DNA of 64,000 nt from contig NW_013657665.1 in NCBI RefSeq assembly GCF_000142905.1, positions 186,001 through 250,000 of the forward strand, written 5' to 3'. Under the pieces are notes generated by a model that worked only from the letters and a program-made list of their open reading frames with translations, made no database searches and had not been told where the DNA came from. Both the position numbers and the translations under genes were made by a program. Shown one piece after another: positions 32,201 to 44,200 of this stretch. Each line of letters begins with the position of its first letter. The stretch's first letter is position 1. The DNA comes from Thecamonas trahens ATCC 50062 (lineage: Eukaryota; Protista; Apusomonadida).

Positions 32201-35200
32201 AGCGGACATGGAAGCCAGCACCATCATTCGAGTAGGACGACGACTGCGACTCGTCGGAGTGACCCTTGAACCCGGCGCCATCGGTAGAGTAGGACGACGG
32301 CTGCGACTCGATCCCAGCAGCCCCGGACCGGGCCTTGAACCCGGCACCATCCGTAGAGTAGGACGACGGCTGCGACTCGCCGGACCGGGCCTTGAAGCCA
32401 GCACCATCCGTAGAGTAGGACGACGGCTGCGACTCCCCAGACCGGCCCTTGAACCCGGTACCATCCGTAGAGTAGGACGACGGCTGCGACTCGCCAGACC
32501 GGCCCTTGAATCCGGTACCATCCGTAGAGTAGGACGACGGCTGCGACTCGGTCCCAGCAGTCCCGGAGCGGGCATGGAAGCCAGCAGCATCCATAGAGTA
32601 GGACGACGGTCGCGACTCGTCGGAGTGGCCCTTGAACCCGGCGCCATCGATAGAGTAGGACGACGGCTGCGACTCGATCCCAGCAGTCCCGGAGCGGGCA
32701 TGGAAGCCAGCAGCATCCGTAGAGTAGGACGACCGCTGCGACTCGTCGGAGTGACCCTTGAACCCGGTACCATCCGTAGAGTAGGACGACGGCTGCGACT
32801 CGCCAGACCGGCCCTTGAACCCGGCGCCATCCGCAGAGTAGGACGACGGCTGCGACTCGCCGGAGTAGCCCTTGAACCCGGCACCATCCGTAGAGTAGGA
32901 CGACGGCTGCGACTCGGTCCCAGCAGCCCCGGAGCGGGGATGGAAGCCAGCAGCATCCGTAGAGTAGGACGACGGCTGCGACTCGTCGGAGTGGCCCTTG
33001 AACCCGGCGCCATCGGTAGAGTATGAAGACGGCTGCGACTCGCCGGAGTAGCCCTTGAACCCGGCACCATCCGTAGAGTAGGACGACGGCTGCGACTCGG
33101 TCCCAGCAGCCCCGGAGCGGGGATGGAAGCCAGCAGCATCCGTAGAGTAGGACGACCGCTGCGACTCGTCGGAGTGGCCCTTGAACCCAGCACCATCGGT
33201 AGAGTAGGACGACGGTCGCGACTCGCCAGACCGGCCCTTGAAGCCAGCGCCATCCGTAGAGTAGGACGACGGCTGCGACTCGCCAGACCGACCCTTGAAT
33301 CCGGTACCATCCGTAGAGTAGGACGACGGCTGCGACTCGGTCCCAGCAATCCCGGAGCGGGGATGGAAGCCAGCAGCATCCGTAGAGTAGGACGACGGCT
33401 GCGACTCGCCGGAGTGACCCTTGAACCCGGCACCATCCGTAGAGTAGGACGACGGTCGCGACTCGCCAGACCGGCCCTTGAAGCCAGCGCCATCCGTAGA
33501 GTAGGACGACGGCTGCGACTCGGTCCCAGCAATCCCGGAGCGCGCATGGAAGCCAGCAGCATCATTCGAGTAGGACGACGGCTGCGACTCGCCGGAGTGA
33601 CCCTTGAACCCGGTACCATCCGTAGAGTAGGACGACGGCTGCGACTCGGTCCCAGCAGCCCCGGAGCGGACATGGAAGCCAGCAGCATCCGTAGAGTAGG
33701 ACGACGGCTGCGACTCGCCGGAGTGACCCTTGAACCCGGCACCATCCGTAGAGTAGGACGACGGTCGCGACTCGCCAGACCGGCCCTTGAAGCCAGCGCC
33801 ATCCGTAGAGTAGGAAGACGGCTGTGTCTCGGTCCCATTAGTCCCGGAGCGAGCATGGAAGCCAGCAGCATCCGCCGAGTAGGACGACTGCGGCTGGAAG
33901 GGATGGATCAGAGTTCCAGCACCATCGCTGTGTTGTGACGGTGTTGTCAGAGCTGGGGCAACACGTGCAACTGCATCGGTTCCGTACTCGGATAACGTCT
34001 CGACCGGGAGTAAATCAGAGCCAGACCTGGAATTCGAGTCAGACGAATAGGTCAGCTCGGAGAACGCACCAAAGTCGACACTGTAGCTTGAGCTATATCC
34101 TTCGCTGCTCGCTTCGTCAAGACATGAGCCGTCAGTGACGTATGTCGAGTGTGAGAATGACATGACGGTGGGCTGGCTGGGCTTGGCAAATACAGCTCCA
34201 TCCGTCGAGTACGACGACGGCTGAACGGCAACCTCAGACGACTCGCTCGGCTTGGCAAACCCAGCCTGGTCGGTCGAGTACGACGACGACGCGGCAGCCT
34301 CAGACGACTCGCTCGGCTTGGCGAACCCAGTCTGGTCGGTCGAGTACGACGATGGTGCCGACATGGTCGATGCCGCTGTCTTGGCCTGGAAACCGGCGTG
34401 GTCACCCGAGTATGACGACGGTGCGGCGGAGCTGGTGCTCATCGGCACAAACCCAGCCTGGTCGGTCGAGTACGACGACGACGCGGCAGCCTCAGACGAC
34501 TCGCTCGGCTTGGCAAACCCAGCCTGGTCGGTCGAGTACGACGATGGTGCCGACATGGTCGATGCCGCTGTCTTGGCCTGGAAACCGGCGTGGTCACCCG
34601 AGTATGACGACGGTGCGGCGGAGCTGGTGCTCATCGGCACAAACCCAGCCTGGTCGGTCGAGTACGACGACGACGCGGCAGCCTCAGACGACTCGCTCGG
34701 CTTGGCAAACCCAGCCTGGTCGGTCGAGTATGACGACGACGCGGCAGCCTCAGATGCCTCGCTCGGCTTGGCGAACCCAGTGTGGTCGGTCGAGTACGAC
34801 GACGGCGCGGCAGCCTCGGACGACTCGCTCGGCTTGGCAAACCCAGCTTGGTCGGTCGAGTACGACGACGACGCGGCAGCCTCAGACGACTCGCTCGGCT
34901 TGGCAAACCCAGCCTGGTCGGTCGAGTATGACGACGACGCGGCAGCCTCAGATGCCTCGCTCGGCTTGGCAAACCCAGTCTGGTCGGTCGAGTACGACGA
35001 TGGTGCCGACATGGTCGATGCCGCTGTCTTGGCCTGGAAGCCGGCGTAATCGCCTGAGTACGACGACGGTGCAGCGGAGCTGGCGCTCATCGGCACAAAT
35101 CCAGCCTGGTCGGTCGAGTATGACGACGGCTCAATGGCAGCCTCAGACGACTCGCTCGGCTTGGCGAACCCAGCCGGGTCGGTCGAGTACGACGATGGTG

Positions 35201-38200
35201 CCGACACTGTCGATGCCGCTGTCTTGGCCTGGAAACCAGCATAGTCGCCCGAGTACGACGACGGTGCAGCGGAGCTGGTGCTCATCGGCACAAACCCAGC
35301 CTGGTCGGTCGAGTGCGACGATGGCACCGACGCTGTCGATGCCGCTGTCTTGGCCTGGAAACCAGCGTAATCGCCCGAGTACGACGACGGCGTGGCAGCC
35401 TCGGACGACTCGCTCGGCTGGACAAACCCAGCCTGGTCGGTCGAGTACGACGACGGCGCCGACGCTGTCGATGCCGCTGTCTTGGCGTGAAAGCCAGTAT
35501 GGTCACCTGAGTAGGACGACGGCGCCGACGTGGTCGATACCGTCGTCTTGACCTGGAAGCCGGCGTAGTCGCCCGAGTACGACGACGGTGCAGCGGAGCT
35601 GGTGCTCATCGGTACGAACCCAGCCTGTTCGGTCGAGTACGACGATGGCGCGGCAGCCTCGGACGCCTCGCTCGGCTTGGCGAACCCAGCCTGGTCGGTC
35701 GAGTATGACGACGACGCCGACACTGTCGATGCCGCCGTCTTGGCCTGGAAACCGGCGTAGTCGCCCGAGTACGACGACGGTGCAGCGGAGCTGGTGCTCA
35801 TCGGCACAAACCCAGCCTGGTCGGTCGAGTGCGACGATGGCACCGACGCTGTCGATGCCGCTGTCTTGGCCTGGAAACCAGCGTAATCGCCCGAGTACGA
35901 CGACGGCGTGGCAGCCTCGGACGACTCGCTCGGCTGGACAAACCCAGCCTGGTCGGTCGAGTACGACGATGGTGCCGACATGGTCGATGCCGCTGTCTTG
36001 GCCTGGAAACCGGCGTGGTCACCCGAGTACGACGACGATGCAGCGGAGCTGGTGCTCATCGGCACAAACCCAGCCTGGTCGGTCGAGTACGACGACGGCG
36101 CCGACGCTGTCGATGCTGCTGTCTTGGCCTGGAAACCAGCATAGTCGCCCGAGTACGACGACGGTGCAGCGGAGCTGGTGCTCATCGGCACAAACCCAGC
36201 CTGGTCGGTCGAGTGCGACGATGGCACCGACGCTGTCGATGCCGCTGTCTTGGCCTGGAAACCAGCGTAATCGCCCGAGTACGACGACGGCGTGGCAGCC
36301 TCGGACGACTCGCTCGGCTGGACAAACCCAGCCTGGTCGGTCGAGTACGACGACGGCGCCGACGCTGTCGATGCCGCTGTCTTGGCGTGAAAGCCAGTAT
36401 GGTCACCTGAGTAGGACGACGGCGCCGACGTGGTCGATACCGTCGTCTTGACCTGGAAGCCGGCGTAGTCGCCCGAGTACGACGACGGTGCAGCGGAGCT
36501 GGTGCTCATCGGTACGAACCCAGCCTGTTCGGTCGAGTACGACGATGGCACGGCAGCCTCGGACGCCTCGCTCGGCTTGGCGAACCCAGCCTGGTCGGTC
36601 GAGTATGACGACGACGCCGACACTGTCGATGCCGCCGTCTTGGCCTGGAAACCGGCGTAGTCGCCCGAGTACGACGACGGTGCAGCGGAGCTGGTGCTCA
36701 TCGGCACAAACCCAGCCTGGTCGGTCGAGTGCGACGATGGCACCGACGCTGTCGATGCCGCTGTCTTGGCCTGGAAACCAGCGTAATCGCCCGAGTACGA
36801 CGACGGCGTGGCAGCCTCGGACGACTCGCTCGGCTGGACAAACCCAGCCTGGTCGGTCGAGTACGACGATGGTGCCGACATGGTCGATGCTGCTGTCTTG
36901 GCCTGGAAACCAGCATAGTCGCCCGAGTACGACGACGGTGCAGCGGAGCTGGTGCTCATCGGCACAAACCCAGCCTGGTCGGTCGAGTGCGACGATGGCA
37001 GCGACGCTGTCGATGCCGCTGTCTTGGCCTGAAAACCGGCATAGTCGCCAGAGTACGACGACGATGCACCTGACCCCATGTCCTTCGCCTGGAATCCGGT
37101 AGCATCTGTGTCGTAGCTGCTGGACTTCGCTGCAAGTCGCTCCTGCGCTGCTTGGAGTGCTAACGCAATCGAAGCCTCGGCCTCCGCTGCCACAAGCGCC
37201 TCCGCGTCAGCCTTCATATCCTCAAGGTCATCCACGTTGTCCTCGAGAGCCGCCACGAGCTTGGCGTTGTCGTCAAACACCTCCCCCATGCCTTGTGCCA
37301 GTCGAGTCACCTTCGACTTGACTCCTGCCAGTGAAGCGATCACTCCCGCGCGTCCAATCATATTCGACGTCGCCGCCGGCCCGTGGCCACGCCGTGCCAC
37401 CACATCTGTCCCGTAATCAGATGAGATGGGAGGTGCGGTGCCGCGCTCGGTTACCCCGGCCATAGCATATCCGGGCTCCTGGTCAGACCCATCAGTGCCA
37501 AGGATCTCACTCATGTCGCGACCAGTAAAGTGGCCAACGTCATCCGAGTCAGCTCTAGTCATCATCATCTCCGCATCATGGACATTGGTGGTGATGTCGT
37601 GCACTTTGCTGGCCACAGCCTGTGACGAGCCATGCATCGCAGCCTCCATCCCGCGCACATGGTTGTCCACCAGCTGAAGATACCCCAGTACATCTGCCTC
37701 ATCCGAAAACGTGGGTGTCTCTCCAACCTTGACACACTCCGACGAAGGTTCGCATGCAGGTTGACGCGGCGGCGCCTTGATGACAACTGCATCGGTACCA
37801 TAATTAGACGTGGCCGACCGCTCATCACGATCTGAGCTGGCGGCCAGCACCATGTCCACCGACGTCAACGATAGCGCCGACACTGTCGATACCCCTGTCT
37901 TGGCCTGGAAACCGGCGTGGTCACCCGAGTACGACGACGGTGGAGCGGAGCTGGTGCTCATCGGCACAAACCCAGCCTGGTCGGTCGAGTATGACGACGG
38001 CTCAATGGCAGCCTCGGACGACTCGCTCGGCTTGGCAAACCCAGCCTGGTCGGTCGAGTACAACGATGGCGACGACACTGTCGATGCCGTCGTTTTGGCC
38101 TGGAAACCGGCGTGGTCACCCGAGTACGACGACGGTGGAGCGGAGCTGGTGCTCATCGGCACAAACCCAGCCTGGTCGGTCGAGTACGACGACGACGCGG

Positions 38201-41200
38201 CAGCCTCAGACGACTCGCTCAGCTTGGCAAACCCAGCCTGGTCGGTCGAGTATGACGACGACGCGGCAGCCTCAGATGCCTCGCTTGGCTTGGCGAACCC
38301 AGCCTGGTCGGTCGAGTATGACGACGACGCCGACACTGTCGATGCCGTCGTTTTGGCCTGGAAACCGGCGTAGTCGCCTGAGTACGACGACGGTGGAGCG
38401 GAGCTGGTGCTCATCGGCACAAACCCAGCCTGGTCGGTCGAGTATGACGACGGCTCAATGGCAGCCTCGGACGACTCGCTCGGCTTGGCAAAACCAGCCT
38501 GGTCAGTCGAGTACAACGATGGCGACGACACTGTCGATGCCGTCGTTTTGGCCTGGAAACCGGCGTAGTCGCCTGAGTACGACGACGGTACAGCGGAGCT
38601 GGCGCTCATCGGCACAAATCCAGCCTGGTCGGTCGAGTACGACGACGACGCGGCAGCCTCAGACGACTCGCTCAGCTTGGCAAACCCAGCCTGGTCGGTC
38701 GAGTATGACGACGACGCGGCAGCCTCAGATGCCTCGCTTGGCTTGGCGAACCCAGCCTGGTCGGTCGAGTATGACGACGACGCCGACACTGTCGATGCCG
38801 TCGTTTTGGCCTGGAAACCGGCGTAGTCGCCTGAGTACGACGACGGTGGAGCGGAGCTGGTGCTCATCGGCACAAACCCAGCCTGGTCGGTCGAGTATGA
38901 CGACGGCTCAATGGCAGCCTCGGACGACTCGCTCGGCTTGGCAAAACCAGCCTGGTCAGTCGAGTACAACGATGGCGACGACACTGTCGATGCCGTCGTT
39001 TTGGCCTGGAAACCGGCGTAGTCGCCTGAGTACGACGACGGTACAGCGGAGCTGGCGCTCATCGGCACAAATCCAGCCTGGTCGGTCGAGTACGACGACG
39101 ACGCGGCAGCCTCAGACGACTCGCTCAGCTTGGCAAACCCAGCCTGGTCGGTCGAGTATGACGACGACGCGGCAGCCTCAGATGCCTCGCTCGGCTTGGC
39201 AAACCCAGCCTGGTCGGTCGAGTACGACGATGGTGCCGACATGGTCGATGCCGCTGTCTTGGCCTGGAAGCCGGCGTAATCGCCTGAGTACGACGACGGT
39301 GCAGCGGAGCTGGCGCTCATCGGCACAAATCCAGCCTGGTCGGTCGAGTATGACGACGGCTCAATGGCAGCCTCAGACGACTCGCTCGGCTTGGCAAACC
39401 CAGCCTGGTCGGTCGAGTGCGACGATGGCACCGACGCTGTCGATGCCGCTGTCTTGGCCTGGAAACCAGCGTAATCGCCCGAGTACGACGACGGCGTGGC
39501 AGCCTCGGACGACTCGCTCGGCTGGACAAACCCAGCCTGGTCGGTCGAGTACGACGACGGCGCCGACGCTGTCGATGCCGCTGTCTTGGCGTGAAAGCCA
39601 GTATGGTCACCTGAGTAGGACGACGGCGCCGACGTGGTCGATACCGTCGTCTTGACCTGGAAGCCGGCGTAGTCGCCCGAGTACGACGACGGTGCAGCGG
39701 AGCTGGTGCTCATCGGTACGAACCCAGCCTGTTCGGTCGAGTACGACGATGGCACGGCAGCCTCGGACGCCTCGCTCGGCTTGGCGAACCCAGCCTGGTC
39801 GGTCGAGTATGACGACGACGCCGACACTGTCGATGCCGTCGTTTTGGCCTGGAAACCGGCGTAGTCGCCTGAGTACGACGACGGTGCAGCGGAGCTGGCG
39901 CTCATCGGCACAAATCCAGCCTGGTCGGTCGAGTATGACGACGGCTCAATGGCAGCCTCAGACGACTCGCTCGGCTTGGCGAACCCAGCCTGGTCGGTCG
40001 AGTACGACGATGGTGCCGACATGGTCGATGCCGCTGTTTTGGCCTGGAAACCGGCGTAGTCGCCTGAGTACGACGACGGTGCGGCGGAGCTGGTGCTCTT
40101 CGGCACAGACCCAGCCTGGTCGGTCGAGTACGACGACGACACGGCAGCTTCAGACGACGCGCTTGGTTTGAAGAGCTTACTCCGGTCCGCCGAGTAGAAT
40201 GACGACATGCCCATTGGTGTCACAACAGGGTTCTTAAACACTACTGCGTCCGTGCCGGAATACGAAGTGGTCGAGACCTCATGGAGCTCCACGCCCGTAG
40301 TTGCAGTGTGATCCACCGAGTACGACGACGGCGCCGACACTGTCGATACCGCTGTCTTGGCCTGGAAACCGGCGTAGTCGCCTGAGTACGACGACGGTGC
40401 AGCGGAGCTGGCGCTCATCGGCACAAATCCAGCCTGGTCGGTCGAGTATGACGACGGCTCAATGGCAGCCTCAGACGACTCGCTCGGCTTGGCAAACCCA
40501 GCCTGGTCGGTCGAGTATGACGATGGTGCCGACATGGTCGATGCCGCTGTCTTGGCCTGGAAACCGGCATAGTCGCCAGAGTACGACGACGATGCACCTG
40601 ACCCCATGTCCTTCGCCTGGAATCCGGTAGCATCTGTGTCGTAGCTGCTGGACTTCGCTGCAAGTCGCTCCTGCGCTGCTTGGAGTGCTAACGCAATCGA
40701 AGCCTCGGCCTCCGCTGCCGCAAGCGCCTCCGCGTCAGCCTTCATATCCTCAAGGTCATCCACGTTGTCCTCGAGAGCCGCCACGAGCTTGATGTTGTCG
40801 TCAAACACCTCCTCCATGCCTTTGGCAAGTCTGTCCACCTTGACCTTCACGCCAGCCAGATAGTCGACGACGCCGTGCTTGCGAGCCTCTCCGTCCGTAA
40901 CAGCAAAAGCCCCACCCACACGTCGCGCAATGACATCAGTGCCATAGTCAGAAGAATCTGGTGGTGAAGTACTCCGCTTGGCAAAGCTTGCGCCGGCAAT
41001 TGCATACTCGGTTCCGTACATATCGTCGGAGAGCATTTGCTGCGTGCCAAGGAGCTCGTCCACAGGATGACCAGCCACGGTGGCCATACCATCCGTTCGC
41101 ATGTCGAGTCGGAGATGATTCTCGGCCCCATCCATGCGATCGGTCAATGAGCCGACTTTGTCCGTGACAGCGACAGAAGCGGTCTGCATCGACGTCTGTA

Positions 41201-44200
41201 GGCCACGGATATGTTGGTCAATCAGGTCAAGGTAGTTGAGCATGTCGCTCTCATGAGTTATGCGCGATGACGAGCTGCTGTATGTTTCAGCTGATGTAGA
41301 AGTCAGCGAGTGTGACTCTGACACAGGCTTCGCGTGGAAGCGTGCATACTCGCCTGAGTACGATGACGGCTCGATGATGTCTTCAGGTGGCTCACTTGGC
41401 TTGGTAAAATCTGCCCTGTCGGTCAGGTGCGATGATGGGGCCGACAACTCCGGCACAGTCGGCTTGGCCACGAAACCAGCTTGGTCGCCCGAATACGACG
41501 ACAGAGGAGTCATGACCTCAGATGACTCGCTCGGTTTGAAAAACTCAAAAGCTTCACCACTGTATGACGACGCCACGGTCTTGGAAGCAAGTCTGTCGAC
41601 ATGATCAAACACAGCAGCCTCGCCGCTGTACGACGATGGCGCTGACACAGTCGACGGCGCAGCTCGTGTCTTGTACCCAGCAGCCTCGCCGCTGTACGAC
41701 GATGGCGCAGCCTCGGACGGCTCACTCCCAGGCGCGTACCCAGCAGCCTCGCCGCTGTACGATGATGGCGCTGACACAGTCGATGGCGCAGTCCGTGCCT
41801 TGTACCCAGCAGCTTCGCCGCTGTACGATGATGGCGCAGTCTCGGACGGCTCGCTCCCAGGCGCGTACCCAGCAGCCTCGCCGCTGTACGATGATGGCGC
41901 AGACACAGTCGACGGTACAGCCCGTTCTTTGTACCCAGTAGCATCGCCGCTGTACGATGATGGCGCTGACACAGTCGATGGCGCAGTCCGTGCCTTGTAC
42001 CCAGCAGCCTCGCCGCTGTACGACGATGGCGCAGCCTCGGACGGCTCACTCCCAGGCGCGTACCCAGCAGCCTCGCCGCTGTACGACGATGGCGCAGCCT
42101 TGGACGGCGCAGCTCGTGCCTTGTACCGAGCAGCCTCGCCGCTGTACGATGATGGCGCAGCCTCGGACGGCTCACTCCCAGGCGCGTACCCAGCAGCTTC
42201 GCCGCTGTACGATGATGGCGCAGCCTCGGACGGCTCACTCCCAGGCGCGTACCCAGCAGCTTCGCCGCTGTACGATGATGGCGCAGCCTCGGACGGCTCG
42301 CTCCCAGGCGCATACCCAGCAGCCTCGCCGCTGTACGATGATGGCGCTGACACAGTCGATGGCGCAGTCCGGGCCTTGTACCCAGCAGCCTCGCCGCTGT
42401 ACGATGATGGCGCAGCCTCGGACGGCTCGCTCCCAGGCGCGTACCCAGCAGCCTCGCCGCTGTACGACGATGGTGCAGCCTCGGACGGCGCAGTCCGTGC
42501 CTTGTACCCAGCAGCCTCGCCGCTGTACGACGATGGCGCAGCCTCGGACGGCTCACTCCCAGGCGCGTACCCAGCAGCCTCGCCGCTGTACGATGATGGC
42601 GCAGACACAGTCGATGGCGCAGTCCGTGCCTTGTACCCAGCAGCTTCGCCGCTGTACGACGATGGCGCAGCCTCGGACGGCTCACTCCCAGGCGCGTACC
42701 CAGCAGCCTCGCCGCTGTACGATGATGGCGCTGACACAGTCGATGGCGCAGTCCGGGCCTTGTACCCAGCAGCTTCGCCGCTGTACGATGATGGCGCTGA
42801 CACAGTCGACGGTGCAGTCCGTGCCTTGTACCCAGCAGCCTCGCCGCTGTACGATGATGGCGCAGACACAGTCGACGGTACAGCCCGTTCTTTGTACCCA
42901 GTAGCATCGCCGCTGTACGATGATGGCGCAGACACAGTCGATCGCGCAGCTCGTGCCTTGTACCCAGTAGCCTCGCCGCTGTACGATGATGGCGCTGACA
43001 CAGTCGATGGCGCAGTCCGGGCCTTGTACCCAGCAGCTTCGCCGCTGTACGATGATGGCGCAGCCTCGGACGGCTCGCTCCCAGGCGCATACCCAGCAGC
43101 CTCGCCGCTGTACGATGATGGCGCTGACACAGTCGATGGCGCAGTCCGGGCCTTGTACCCAGCAGCCTCGCCGCTGTACGATGATGGCGTTGCCTCGGAC
43201 GGCTCGCTCCCAGGCGCGTACCCAGCAGCCTCGCCGCTGTACGATGATGGCGCAGACACAGTCGACGGCGCAGCCCGTGCCTCGTACCCAGCAGCCTCGC
43301 CGCTGTACGATGATAGCGCAGCCTCGGACGGCTCGCTCCCAGGCGCGTACCCAGCAGCCTCGCCGCTGTACGATGATGGCGCAGCCTCGGACGGCTCACT
43401 CCCAGGCGCGTACCCAACAGCATCGCCGCTGTACGATGATGGCGCAGACACAGTCGACGGTGCAGCCCGTGCTTTGTACCCAGTAGCCTCGCCGCTGTAC
43501 GATGATGGCGCAGCCTCGGACGGCTCGCTCCCAGGCGCGTACCCAGCAGCCTCGCCGCTGTACGACGATGGCGGAGACACAGTCGACGGTGCAGCTCGTG
43601 CCTCGTACCCAGCAGCCTCGCCGCTGTACGATGATAGCGCAGCCTCGGACGGCTCGCTCCCAGGCGCGTACCCAGCAGCCTCGCCGCTGTACGATGATAG
43701 CGCAGCCTCGGACGGCTCGCTCCCAGGCGCGTACCCAGCAGCCTCGCCGCTGTACGATGATGGCGCAGCCTCGGACGGCTCACTCCCAGGCGCGTACCCA
43801 ACAGCATCGCCGCTGTACGATGATGGCGCAGACACAGTCGACGGTGCAGCCCGTGCTTTGTACCCAGTAGCCTCGCCGCTGTACGATGATGGCGCAGCCT
43901 CGGACGGCTCGCTCCCAGGCGCGTACCCAGCAGCCTCGCCGCTGTACGACGATGGCGGAGACACAGTCGACGGTGCAGCTCGTGCCTTGTACCCAGCAGC
44001 CTCGCCGCTGTACGATGATGGCGCAGCCTCGGACGGCTCGCTCCCAGGCGCGTACCCAGCAGCCTCGCCACTGTACGATGATGGCGCAGCCTCGGACGGC
44101 TCACTCCCAGGCGCGTACCCAGCAGCTTCGCCGCTGTACGATGATGGCGCAGACACAGTCGATGGCGCAGCTCGTGCCTTGTACCCAGCAGCCTCGCCGC

